Shown one piece after another: positions 12,546 through 24,685 of a stretch of DNA of 64,000 bases; positions within the stretch are counted from its first letter, which is position 1, and each line of letters opens with the position of its first letter. A model generated the notes under the pieces. The model did not search any database. It saw only the letters and a program-made list of their open reading frames with translations, and had not been told where the DNA came from. Source of the DNA: Malacoraja senta (taxonomy: Eukaryota); contig CM075977.1 of NCBI GenBank assembly GCA_038087875.1, positions 36,332,001 to 36,396,000 of the forward strand. Reading direction: 5' to 3'. Position numbers and translations under genes: made by a program.

Positions 12546-13759
12546 AATCTTACATATATCACTGAGATCATTCTTCAGCATCCCTTGCTGCAACCTCAAC
12601 ATATCTAATCTCTACCTATAACTAACTTCATCCAAGCAAGACAACATCCTAGTCAATCTCATCTGCATTTTCTCCAGGGCAGTCTCATCCTTATTATACT
12701 GCGAAGACCTAAGCAGCACATGATACTCCAAGCGTTTAGGGTTTTAAGAAATATCGGCCATCACGTAATCAAACTAATCCCATCAATCTCGGATTCCAAA
12801 CTCGGTTCTTCACATTGTGACAATCTACCTAATCTCTGCCAAGTAAGAGTAAATACCTTGAGTCTGTTTGTGACTTCCAATTTATCAGGATAATTTTCTT
12901 ACCTTCCAACAGTTGAAGCAGAAACGATTGTTCTGTTTTCACCTGAGGAACGTTGGAATTGCCAGTTCCAGGGAAAATGGAAAGTATTTTCAATCTGTTC
13001 CAAACAAGCGAGTGGAGTTCTCAAGCCTTTAAATGTTGATGGCAAAACAATGAGAACAAGAGCACTGAATTTTTCAAATTAGCATGGTGTGATGACTTTA
13101 GAAAGGGCAGACCTGGTGAGGATAATGGAACACAAATTTCTTTTGGAAGGAGCATAAGTCGGCAGAATTTTAACCCGTCTGATTATTTTTTTCAAAGATA
13201 ACAGTAACCTGAATTTATACAGCACCATTTAGATAGGAACATGTTCCAACGTGGATCTGTGGAACAAAATCAAGCAGTGTTATACATATTCTTGAGTCCA
13301 CAAGCAGGATTATACATCTAAAGTCTCAAATCTTTCCACTGAGTGGTGCAAGGTGAAGCTCATGAGTTGGTCTGGACAGGACCCTAACCCTGCATGGGCC
13401 ATCCTCAAGCTGTGCACAGACCCAAGGGTACCTTGTGGTCTGCCTCCTGCCACAATCATGAGGACTCAGTGTTGAGCTTCTCTTTACCAAGTTGGTTCTT
13501 TAGCCATTGAGTATGCAAGGGTTTTAGGGCGATCCAGTTGGTATTTTTCTCACCTGCCCCTCTCCCAATTCCTGCAGGAAGTTGCCCAAAAGACCCTGCT
13601 GTCCCTACAGTAAGAGTGAGTCAGATCTAACACAACTCCCTGCAGGAGGATTAGTGCTGATCCCATCACCCTGGCCTAAGAAAGATCTGGTGACTTCCTG
13701 TTGACCGTTTTGCCCACTGAATCTGCATATATCAGGTACCCATTGATATTAATCCAACA

Positions 13760-13990
13760 CTGTTCCTTTTAGTTCATTCTCCCACACTTCCATCAACTCC
13801 CCCCAGTTTCTACCTCTTACCTACACGAGGGGCAAATAGCCCACTGACCTGCACGCCTTTGGGACAAAACCTATGCAGTCACAGAGAAAATGTGCAAACT
13901 CCACATAGACAGCATTAGAGGTCAGGATTGAACCCGAGTTACATGAGCAGTGAGGCTGCAGCTCTGTTAGATGTGCCGCTGTGCCAGCTG
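13760..13990 (-). mobile_element. tRNA-derived SINE, degenerate
   Basis: tgcaaactccacatagacagc...aggattgaaccc, the reverse of the SINE head. Confidence 0.65.
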
Positions 13991-15097
13991 GATCTGTCTA
14001 GTGAGGGTGTACCCACTGTTGGCACTCAATAGCCAAGAGCAGACAAGGCCAATTAGCACCGTGTTGACTGTTTTTAGTGTGGGCAAAGTGCCCTCACACT
14101 GGGTAAGTGCTGGAGGAGGGCTCAAGGTTGTCAGGGAGGGTGGGGAGCCTGTGCCTCTGTTGTGAAGTTGCATGCTCACCAATCTTGTTGTTTTGGGCAC
14201 CGGCTTTACTTCACAATGTTGACATGAAAGATAGTTCATGTGTGTCAGGGTCAGTCTGCGCTAACAATAGATTTGTACAGTGACTTATACGGAGGCCTTT
14301 CAGTTTCACATCACAATTACACAGGAGGATGAGGCTGACCTGTGATTTAAGTTTCAGTTTAAGTTGATTACGAGCACCCCAATTGGTCATTCTGGTTGGC
14401 GCAGTTGTATTACTGTCCTCAACCTGGGAAAAGCCCCCTGCTTATGCTATTAAAGGACTAAGCTGCTAAAAGAGATAATAGCACAGGCGATCCAAAGCTT
14501 GGTCAAAGTAATAGGTTTTAAGAAGCTTCTTAAAGGAGGAGAGGGAGACAGAGAGGCTTATGGAGGGAATTCCTGAGCTTGATGCCTTATCAATAGAGCT
14601 TTTGCATCATTTTCTGCTGAGATGAATTTTACACCATGTATTTTCGCAACATCTAACTTGCGTGGTGCAAAGTGCCTGGAATAATGTACACACTTCAATA
14701 CATCATTCAGAATGTATCTCATGTGCCTCATATGTATCATCCACTTTTAAAGCTTTGCAGATGAAATGAGGCATTGGAGTAGGCAGAGCTTCACTATTGT
14801 GGTCATGGAGTCAGGTGATTTGTTTTGAACTTCATTCCACTTCCATCAGGCAAGAGGTATAGATCAACACAAAAAGCTGTAGAAACTCCATGGTTCAGAC
14901 AGCAACTCCAGAGAAAAGGAATTGGTGATGTTTCAGGTCCAGACCTGAAGAATGGGAGATGCCAACTGGATCCGATCCAGCATAGCAGTCAGAGGGGAAA
15001 CCTTTCCTCCATTGTCCCAGGAGTCCAGAGAGGTTAGGTCTGTTGCAGATCGATGGACAGAGATATAGATCCAGCCTTCTCCTACCTGTCCGTGAAC

Positions 15098-15207
15098 ATC
15101 TCAAAGGAATTGCAATGGTTATTTCAGGAAAATGACATTGCAAAAACCCAGGAACAAATGACATATCCGCCATTTTCCTGAAATAACCATTTCAATTCCT
15201 TTGAGAT
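15098..15207. repeat. Inverted repeat: 37-bp arms with 1 mismatch, 36-nt loop
   Basis: atctcaaaggaattgcaatggttatttcaggaaaatg (15098-15134) versus cattttcctgaaataaccatttcaattcctttgagat (15171-15207). Confidence 0.95.
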
Positions 15208-15212
15208 TTTCA

Positions 15213-15505
15213 AAACCAGGTGATATAGGTTTAAGGTGAAAGGAGAAAGATTTAGTAGGAACCTAAGGGGCAACTTTTTCGCAAAGAGAGTGATGGGTAT
15301 ATGGGATGAGCTGCCAGAGAAGAAAGTCGAGCAGGTAATACAACAGCATTAAAAAAACATTTGGACAGGTACATGCATAAGAAACGTTTAGAGGGATATA
15401 GGGCAAAAGCGGGTAGATGGGATTAGTGTAGATGGGACACCTTGGTCGACAAGGGCAAGTACAGCCAAGGGGCCTGTTTCCATGCTGTATGGCTCTACGA
15501 ATCTA
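15213..15505 (+). mobile_element. CR1 LINE 3' fragment
   Basis: aggtttaaggtgaaaggagaaagattt...gggcctgtttccatgctgtat tail. Confidence 0.85.
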
Positions 15506-15707
15506 TTGTGTCCAAGAAACATAATCTCTAATAGCAGAGAACTGGTGTTGGAAGACAATTCCAGGAACAGGAGTTGAACCTAAACGTCGCCAATTCCTTC
15601 TCTCCACAGATGCTGCCTCATCTGCTGAGTTTCTCCAGCATTTTTTGTCTACCTTCACTGACTCAGAGGTGAGTTCACCACCTAGTGAGCAATGACTGGA
15701 ACTCAAA

Positions 15708-16450
15708 TGTTATTTATTTATTTATTTAATTCTTTATTTCGAACAGAATAAAAGAATAAAAAGCAAGTGTGAAACAGCATACAAAAAATCAAAACAAGAA
15801 TATTTATAAAGTGTCATAAACAATATCTGTAAATAAATGAAATCGTATGTGTCCGAAAAGGAGCAGGAAGAAGCCAAAGCTTATTAATTCCCACCCCTTA
15901 TTCAACTGCTTATAATTATCTTATACAAATTTAGTAGCTATATGTACACCATATGTACACCAGCAGCTATATGTACACCAAATTATTTACATTTATACAC
16001 TAATCAAATATTTACAAAGCCATACAAAAAAAGAGAGAAAAAAAGAAAAATAAAAGAAAAAACCCTCATATACTATATAGTATCTCTTAGTCATATATAC
16101 AACCCATCACCCTATAATCACCCTTCCCAATACAATCAGTATAACAAATATCCCACTCACAATCACCTATCCTCATCCCAATATCCTTTAAAAAAAGTGT
16201 TTTGTACATCTTTTTAAACTGAATGATGTTTGTGCTAAATTTTATCTCCTGTTCCAGACCATTCCACAAATTCACCCCACAGATTGCTATGCACATACTT
16301 TTAAGAGTTGTTCTGACATTGAGTTTTTTAAATTATGTTCCCCTCTCAAATTATACCCACCCTGTCTTTCCATAAACAGTTTTTGTATATTTCTTGGAAG
16401 TCAATTATTTCTAGCTTGGTACATGATTTGCGCAGTCTTAAATTTAAACA
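15708..16450 (-). mobile_element. AT-rich LINE 3' end (L2/Crack-like) with (TAAA)n tail
   Basis: ORF 16087-16296 contains GVNLWNGL..FKKMYK, typical of an ORF2 C-terminus; (ttta)n tail at 15710-15728. Confidence 0.7.
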
Positions 16451-16934
16451 CTAGAATATTGTACTATTCAGTGGGAGAGGTGTCTCTTGGTTTGCTGAGG
16501 GTGGATGCTTTAAATCCTCCGAGTAGATTTATTCTTAAAATATAATAACATTGAGAAGAAGAATAAGCAAAAAAGGCTATGAAAAGCAAAATGTTTCAAA
16601 CATAATTATTTGCATCTATCATTTTAAATGGGCTCCTACTGGTGAGAATCTTTTGTTAAAACAAGATTAACAATATTTAATTTTATGTCACACAAACAAG
16701 TGTTTACCAACAATATAATTAAAATGTAGGAAAACTATCTATTAATATGTTTGGAACGTGGTATTATAAACAATAACAGCATACCAAGTGACAGCCAAGA
16801 GATGTCTGTGCAATAATAGCTCTTAACCTCTCCCTCGGCAACTTAGAAAGAACATAAAGTGCTGGAATAACAGCGTTCAAGCAATATCTCTGGAGAACAT
16901 GGATAGATGACATTTCGGGTTGAGACCCTTTTAT

Positions 16935-17600
16935 AAGTCCATAAGACATAGGAGCAGAATTAGGCCATTTGGCCCATCCAGTACTCTGCCATTCATTCAT
17001 GGCTGATCTATCTTTCCCTCTCAACCCCATTCTGTTGCCTTCTCCCCATAACCTTTGACATCCTTACTAATTAAGTTGCTGTCAATCTCCACCTTACAAC
17101 ATGAAGAGTAGCTGCCCTAGTTGGATCACTGCTAGCCAGTGGCAGCCAACTAGAAAATGCCCCCTTTCCTCTCACACGTTGCCTTCTGCCATGCAGCCAG
17201 CCTTCTATCCATGCTGGTATCTTCCTGCTAATGCCACAGGCTCTCATCTTCCTTAGCAGCCTCACATGTGGCAAAATCTTACCAACCACTGAAGTCAGGC
17301 TAACCGGCATATCCTTTCCCCTCTTTAGCTTTGCTCCCTTCTTTTTCAGTGGAGTAGCATTTGCAAATTTCCAGTCCTCTGGCACCACTCCTGACTCTAG
17401 TGAATCTTGAAATGTCACTGCTCATGCCTTCACAATCTCTAAAGCTATCACTTTCAGAACCCCGGCGTGGAATCCATCTGGTCCAGGTGACTTATCCACC
17501 TTCGCATCTTTCAGCTTCCCAAGCATGTCTCCTTAGTAACTCCACTAACTTCTGCTGCCTGACTCTCTTGACTTTCAAGCACATTGCTGGTGTCATCCAC
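16935..17600 (-). mobile_element. Internally deleted CR1 LINE
   Basis: ORF 17071-17418 has VPEDWK..PVSLTSVVGK..WL.GRRQRV; 3' UTR at 16940-17070. Confidence 0.85.
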
Positions 17601-17609
17601 TGTGAATTG

Positions 17610-18492
17610 GTTTTAGTTCCATTTAGAGATGCAGCATGGAAACAGGCCCTTCGGCTCACTAAGTCCACGCCGACCATTTATCACTGTATACTAGTTCCAT
17701 GTTATCCCACTTTAGCATCCTACACACTAGGGCCAATTTACAGAAGCCAATTAACCTACAAATCTGCACTTATTTGGAATGTGGGAGGAAACTGGAGCAC
17801 ACGGAGAAAACACACGTTGTCAAGAGTCAAGACAATAGACAATAGACAATGGACAATAGTTGCAGGAGGAGGCCATTTGGCCCTTCAAGCCAGCACTGCC
17901 ATTCAATGTGATCATGGCTGATCATCCATGTAATGTCATCCATGATCATCCCAGAGTCAAGTGTCAAGGGTGTTTTATTGTCATATGTCCCAGATGGCAC
18001 AATGAAATTCTTACTTGCAGCCACACAACTGAATATATAAACATAGTACACTGTAAACAATATAATGAATGGGTAAAAAAAGATTCAGTGTGGTATTAAT
18101 ATGTTTATATATATATATATACAGTATATATATATACACACACACACATAGATACACATAAAAAACAAAAATTAATAGTGCAAAAAGACAAAACCAATGC
18201 CCCCCGTCCACGTAGTTCAGAGCTTATTTGGAGGTTGTAGTGTTTAATAACCTGATGGCTGTAGGGAAGAAGCTGTTCCTGAACCTGGACGTTACAGTTT
18301 TCAGGTTCCTATACCTTCTTCCCGATGGTAGGGGTGAAATGAGTGTGTGGTCAGAGTGGTGTGGGTCTCTGATGATGCAGCAGTGGGTCACAGGGAGAAC
18401 ATGCAAACTCTATAAGTCAGCACTCATAGTCAGGATCAAGCCTGTGTCTCTGGCGTTGTGACGCAGCAGCTCTACCGCTGCACCACCATGCT
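17610..18492 (-). mobile_element. tRNA-derived SINE split by a CR1 tail (~17830-17920) and a Rex1-like LINE 3' end (~17955-18380)
   Basis: SINE tail at 17610-17815 and head at 18385-18492. ORF 18224-18406 has LPSGRRYR..RFRNSFFP, matching the C-terminus of 22092-22940. Confidence 0.75.
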
Positions 18493-18842
18493 GTCCCATT
18501 TTTGTTTATTATTATTGTCACATGTACCGAGATTCAATGAAAAACATTATTTTGTGATTAATCCAGCTATATCCTCAACATATGAGTACAAACAACCATA
18601 CATGAGTACCATAGGTAGTGGAAAACAAAAGGATCAAACAAAAGCATTACAGCTGCAGAGAAGTTCAAGTTCAAGTTCAAGTGAGTTTATTGTCATGTGT
18701 CATAGGACAATGAAATTCTTGCTTTGCTTCAGCACAACAGAACATAGAAGGCAATGACTACAAAACAGATCAGTGTGTCCATATATCATTATATAAATAT
18801 ATACACATGAATAAATAGACTGATCAAGTGCAAATAACAGAT

Positions 18843-18951
18843 AATAGTAAGATTAAACGAGAACTTACCAGTTTGAAGTTTGATCTGTATTTTATGAGGA
18901 GTTACGATGAGGGATTACGTGAAGAACCCGTCCAGCACGCATGCGCGACAT
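18843..18951 (-). repeat. DIRS right terminus (right ITR plus right extension)
   Basis: 18916-18951 is the reverse complement of 24686-24721 (1 mismatch); 18843-18921 is the reverse complement of 19067-19145. Confidence 0.92.
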
Positions 18952-19066
18952 ACTTCAAAGCAGTGGTGTGGAATCACAGGAAACACAATAATTGAAATAA
19001 ACATAGTAAAGAAAAGGAGAACTAAGATACCAGTTGATCTCTATAATTGAGGGTGGGAGCGGAGGG

Positions 19067-19179
19067 CACGTAATCCCTCATCGTAACTCCTCATAAAATA
19101 CAGATCAAACTTCAAACTGGTAAGTTCTCGTTTAATCTTACTATTTTACTTCAGAGTCATGTGAGTGACTACGTGAAGA
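19067..19179 (-). repeat. DIRS internal complementary region (ICR)
   Basis: First part is complementary to 18843-18921 and second part to ~24712-24746; the two parts join at ctattttact. Confidence 0.92.
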
Positions 19180-19345
19180 TTTTAAAGCTCTGTGATTTCA
19201 AACCGTGTAACAGTTCATACTTCACTCGCTGTCGAAGTCATTCAAGGGAGGAAGTATGTTATCGTAATCAACCATGAATCTGTTTGTAAACAATAATGGT
19301 ATTTATTAAACAATAACAAAAGAAAAATGCTCCCCCGGGCTTAAA

Positions 19346-20315
19346 TTATATATTTGCAGATTCTAAAACTCTTTCTGCAAATAACACAGGTTCTGCTAGC
19401 GGCTTGTGGTAGAACGTTTGGAAAGTTTACTCCATGGACCACCCTGCTGTAGCCAGGATGTGGTCCAGTGGCACGTCCATCCTTTTAGCCGCCAATGTGG
19501 ATGCTGCCCTGGTGGAGTGAGATGTATATACGTCAGTATCTACTCCAGCAGCTCCCAGTACCTGCTTGAGCCATCTTGAGATGGTTTGGCTCGACACCCG
19601 ACCATGAGGTTTCTTGTGGCTGACCCATAAGGCTTTTTCTCTCCCTCGGGAATCTCTTGTTGTGTTGATGTAAGTGAGTAAGTGCGTCATGACACATAAC
19701 CGTGGGTCAGGTGGGTATGCCCGGAAATCCATAACTAGGCCTGAAGTTCCTGGCCTGCTCTGCTTTACCAGCTCCTGAATGGTGAATGAGACACGGTCTG
19801 GTGTTAGAACCATGTTGTCCAGTCGCAGTAAGTGGAGGGACTGGACTCTTTGTGCTGAGACTAGTGGCATCAGCATGACCGTTTTCAGGGTTAGCTGTTC
19901 CAGGGTGAGAGACCTGGCTGGTGACCATCCCCTTCGGTATGTCAGGACCACACTGACATCCCAGATTTGGGTGTACCTTGGTCTAGGGGGGTTGGAGTTG
20001 AAAATACCTCTCATGAGTTTGATCACCAGCGGGTGAGACCCTATGGCCTGTTGTCCTGGTGCTTGTTTTAAGTAGGCTGACAGAGCACTTCTGGCAGTAT
20101 TGATGGCGCTGTAGCTCAGTCCTTCATTATGGTGAAGGCCGGCCAGGAACTCCAGTACATTAGTTATGGTTGTAGATGAGTATGTTGTCCCAGTATTCGA
20201 GCAGTATCTTTCCCACTTCCTGATGCTCGATAGGAATGGTGGACATACGGTGGGACGCTGTCATCGTGTTGATGGTCCTGTCAGACAATCCCAGGCCCAG
20301 CAGTGGTCTTTTCAT
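19346..20315 (-). pseudogene. DIRS tyrosine recombinase (YR), disrupted
   Basis: MKRPLLGLG... from ATG 20315; frameshift near 20235; N-terminal domain LSYSAINTARSAL; motifs SAQRVQSL, HSTRAAS and AGWS. A TAA at 19427-19429 precedes the probable catalytic Tyr in FQTFY (19409-19411). Confidence 0.9.
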
Positions 20316-23300
20316 AATCTGCAACCCAGTAGGTTAATTTTGTCATGGCATGGATGACTTATGCCTGATACCGGGTGAGTCAATAGGTCTGGGCTACTGG
20401 GTAAGGTCATAGGAGTTTCGATGACCATGTCGAGGACCACTGGGAACCATGGCTGTGTAGGCCAGTCGGGTACTATCAAAATACCTGAAGCAGAGTCCAT
20501 CTGTATTTTGCGTAGTACCCTACTGTTGAGGCAGAAGGGGGGAAAAGCATAAAATAAATAGTTTCCCCAGTTCAGCGCGAATGCATCTATTGCTGCTGCC
20601 TCAGGGTCTGGTTCCCAAGCGACATACATTGGTACCTGGTGATTTAGTCTGGATGCAAAGAGATCGATATCTGGTGTGCCATATTGCTTTGTAATTTTAG
20701 CAAAAGTTTTAGGATTTAACATCCATTCGGTGTTATCATTGAATTTGCGTGACCTGGTGTCTGCCACTGTATTTAGCTTACCTGGTAGGTAAGTTGCTGA
20801 TAGCCAAATATGTCTATCGACACACCATTGCCAGATTATGTTGACCAAATTGTCACATGATATCGATTTTATTCCGCCCATATGGTTAATATAGGCCACC
20901 ACCGTGGTATTATCAATCTGTAAACGAACATGCAAATGGTGCATATTCGTAGAATATGCTTTTAAACCATAAAACGCACCCAACATTTCCAGATAATTTA
21001 TGCCCAGTGTTTGTAGTAAAGATGATTCTAGGTTAGTCCATCTACCACCTGTGCTGGATATGGTATTAGTTGCTCCCTAGCCTTGAACACTGGCATCTGT
21101 TTGTATAGTTAACTTTGGGTTATTGATGATGATAGGGCTGGAACTATGCCAAATGTGCTCTATCCACCATTGTTACTCTGATATTGCTTCAATGGGTAAT
21201 TTCATGGTTCGGTCAAAGTGACCTGCATGTCGTTTTAACGCCTGTACTTTTGCCCTTTGTAGGTTTTGATAGTGCAGAGGTCCAAATTGTGTAGCTGGAA
21301 ATGCTGCTACCATTTTGCCATTTACTCTTGCCACTTGTCGGATGGTTGGTCGATCGCTAACCATTAAATTGTTACACGTCTGTGCCAATTCTGCTGCTTT
21401 ATGTTTTGGCAACGTTACAGACATGTGGACTGAGTTAATTGTGAATCCCAGATAGTCCATAGTTGTGGATGGCGTCAACTTAAATTTATCTGGATGTAAG
21501 ACAAATCCCAGGGTTTCAAACAATTGTTTGGTAGCTAATACAGCTGATTTAGCCAATTCCATGGTTTTGCCTACTATTAGAACATCGTCAAGATATGCCA
21601 TGACAATATGTCTCTGTTTTCTTAATGTTGCCAAGGCTGGTTTTAATATCTTAGTAAATAGTCTTGGGGCTGATGTTAACCCATTAGGCAACGCTTTAAA
21701 CTGCCATAGTTGCCCCATCCAGGTAAATTTCAGGTATCTGCGATGATCCTTTTGAATGGGTACTGTATAGTAGGCATCTTTTAAATCAATGCTTGCCATA
21801 AAGTATCCTTTGGAAATCAGTTGTTTGGCAGTTACAAATGTTTCCATTTTGAAATGTATATATTTAACAAATGTATTTAGTGAGGTTAAGTCAATGATGA
21901 TGTGACATGCACCATCTTTTTTGTTTTTGGTAAATATATTTGAGACAAATTCCAAAGGTTCATGTTTGGATTTCTCAATTATACCATTTGTAAGTAACCT
22001 CACCAGTTCTGCTTGACCCTCTCATTTTTCTTTGACTGAGAGGGTAAAGACCCTTTGGGGTGCATGCTGAACTGGTGGCATATTTTCTTGAATGAACTCT
22101 ATTTTGTATCCACGAATACTGTTAATGGGTGAAAAACTCTCCAGCCCTCTGACTCTCAATACAGGAGCCCCTCAAGGGTGCGTTCTGTCACCTCAGCTCT
22201 TCTCACTTTACACCAACAACCTCACATCCCAATGCAGCTCAGTTAAAATTTTCAAATATGCAGACGACACGACAATAATTGGCCTCATCTCAGACAACAA
22301 TGAATCACAATACCATCAAACAGTGGACAGCGCAGTCAAATGGTGCGCAGAAAACAACCTCCAGCTTAACACCTCAAAAACCTTAGAAACCATCATAGAT
22401 TTCAGACGCAAACAAAACCTCAAACCCCCGGTCCATGTCAACTCCCATCCCATAACCTCCACGAACTTATTTAAGTTTCTGGGCACCTATATCTGCAATA
22501 ATCTAAAATGGCACATCAATGCTGACCACATCATTAAGAAAGGACAACAACGCCTATACTTCCTCAGACAGCTCAAGAAGTTCAGAGTCCACAAACACCT
22601 CCTGGTACGCTTCTATCAATCCATCATTGAAAGCATCATCACTTCCTCAATCACAGTCTGGTACGGAAACACTGACAGTCATTCACTACACAGAATACAG
22701 CGCATTGTCTCCAAGGCCTCTAGGATCATCAACTCTCCCCTCCCCTCAATCCATTCCATTTACCTCCAACGTACCTCAAAACGGGCAACAAAGATCATCT
22801 CGGACCCCTCCCATCCAGCAAACCACCTTTTCCAGTCTCTCCCTTCAGGGAGGCGCCTTAGGTCACTTGCTACAAAATCCACCCGTTTTAAAAACAGTTT
22901 CTTCCCCTCAGCAATAAGAACACTTAATTCCCTCCAATAACTTTTTGACTTTGATGTATACAGTGTCTTGTCTATGGTTTTTGTCTGTTCTTTTGCACTA
23001 TGATTTGTGATTTGTGATGTGCTTTATTATTATGATCTGTGTTGTTATTAGTGTTAATGTGCTAAAGCAGTGTACCATCATGTACCGAACCCAATTACCA
23101 CCAACCCTGGTCGTGTGGCAAATAAAGTTTCTATCTATCTATCTATCTATCTATAACTATCATTCGTGATAGACCTCCATGCTTCCATGAACAGGTGTAA
23201 TCTCCCCCCTGTTAGTACAGTTCCCCCACTTTTTATATGCTGGTAGGAACCAGACCCACCTACCTCCATAGTTTTGGGAGTGTTCCTTTCTTCGGTTTCT

Positions 23301-23356
23301 TCATCCGTCGTTGTGCTGCTGGATGTATTGCTGGTTGGGGGTGGCGCATTTTCCAT
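20312..23356 (-). pseudogene. DIRS pol: RT, RNase H and N6-adenine methyltransferase-like domain; nonsense codons and a LINE insertion
   Basis: GGRL..F...W N-terminus; SIDLKDAYY, LPNGLTSAPRLF and YLDD (RT); TDAS and DNTTVVAYIN (RNase H); DLFASRLN and YAFPPF (MT). Stops at ~22022, 21173 and ~21078. Confidence 0.93.
22123..23153 (+). mobile_element. 5'-truncated Rex1/Babar-like LINE inserted in DIRS pol
   Basis: Uninterrupted frame to 22940 with GAPQGCVLSP, YADDTT, LNTSKT, QRLYFLRQL and SFFPSAIR; aataaa then a (tatc)n tail at ~23130-23153. Confidence 0.92.
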
Positions 23357-24534
23357 GGGGTCCGCTCTGGGCCCTGGCCTAAAAAAGGCTTTCGGGGATG
23401 GTATGCGGACCCAGAGCTTTCACCAGTCCCATAAGTTTGACGTCGACTGGTGGACGTGGTGGGGTACTGCCGTCTGGGTTGTGTGGGTCTGCTCGTTCCG
23501 GGGCCTGCCCTCATGAGGCCGAATGCTTTGGACTCTTCCTCCAGGTCTTTTACTTGTTTTGACAAGTCCTTACCAAATAACAGGATCTGTGGCTCTGATG
23601 CCGGTGTTTTGCACAGTCCTGCAAATTTGGGATTGAGGGCAGGTCTTATTATCTCCTTGCGGAGGTTGTTTATCTCATATTGGGTGTTGCACAGCAGAGC
23701 CAGAGTGTCTTGCTGGTTGGTGGTCATATCCACCCCATCCACGGAACGAGCATAGGATGTTATCCCTGTCGTCAGGAGCTTGAGGATACGCTGTAATTTT
23801 AGCTCGTGGTTCCGGACACGCTGTCCAACGTACCCCCAGATTTGGCTGTTAACGGCCGGTACGTTGAGTGAAATGCAGTTCTCCGGAGGCGAGTAGAGTT
23901 CTAGTGCCTCATTGACTACCTGTTCTTGTAGGGGTTTGAGGGACAGGTAGTCAATACTGGCCGCCAGTTTTGGCTGCAACGGCCGCCCTGCTCGTGGTGT
24001 AGCCACGTAGTGATTCACCACACCCAGCAGCTCTTCCTGGTCCTGTACCCCATGCATACTCCCGACATCTTCGACCAATGATCCCTGTTCCTGACCAGCC
24101 CAGCCCTGGTCCCCAACGCTGCCCTCGGCTGAGGGGGAAGTGATGGCCAGTGCATTGTAAGGCACTGGTGCGGGAGTACCTGAATTCCCTTGGCGAGACT
24201 GCTCCAGCTCCCGAAGCAAGTCTCGCTGGAGCATTTGCTCCATGAGCCTTTCCATGCGGCTCAGGCGGCTACCTCTGCCGCTCTCAGGCAGAGAGTCTTC
24301 CTCGTCGGAGTTATCAGAGATTACCGGCCGGTCAGTTTTTCGTTTTGATTTACCTGCAGTCCGCTGCTGTTGGTCAGGCTGCGCTAGCGGTACTGGGCTC
24401 GGCTCGGTATCAATGATTGTGGACCGCAGCGTGTGCGGTCCAGGTTCCGCCTCTCGCCCCCCACTGATGGGACACTCCTGTTCTGTTGGAGTCGAACGGG
24501 GGCCGGTCTTTTTCCCTTGCCGTGCTTTGCTCAT
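23260..24534 (-). CDS. DIRS gag-like ORF1 (~424 aa), open
   Basis: Long uninterrupted ORF from ATG 24534 (MSKARQG), directly upstream of pol and overlapping it; LLFG motif followed by a basic C-terminus. Confidence 0.8.
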   Translation of the reverse strand: MSKARQGKKTGPRSTPTEQECPISGGREAEPGPHTLRSTIIDTEPSPVPLAQPDQQQRTAGKSKRKTDRPVISDNSDEEDSLPESGRGSRLSRMERLMEQMLQRDLLRELEQSRQGNSGTPAPVPYNALAITSPSAEGSVGDQGWAGQEQGSLVEDVGSMHGVQDQEELLGVVNHYVATPRAGRPLQPKLAASIDYLSLKPLQEQVVNEALELYSPPENCISLNVPAVNSQIWGYVGQRVRNHELKLQRILKLLTTGITSYARSVDGVDMTTNQQDTLALLCNTQYEINNLRKEIIRPALNPKFAGLCKTPASEPQILLFGKDLSKQVKDLEEESKAFGLMRAGPGTSRPTQPRRQYPTTSTSRRQTYGTGESSGSAYHPRKPFLGQGPERTPWKMRHPQPAIHPAAQRRMKKPKKGTLPKLWR

Positions 24535-24685
24535 TTTCCAGCTTCTCAATCTGGAGTTCACAAAGCAGAGCAAAGCTTCCTAATTACGACCTCAGAGTAA
24601 GTACTTACCTGATGGTCTGCTTTTTTAAACTTGTTGCGGGAGCGCCTGTACTCCCGTTCATCGCTGTTGCACTGCGTGAATGCTA

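Noticed and set aside
12903-12942. Possible 40-nt minus-strand exon (cctcag|GTGAAAAC...GGAAG|gtaag)
   Set aside because: Splice signals are plausible, but there is no recognisable peptide or partner exon; needs RNA-seq.
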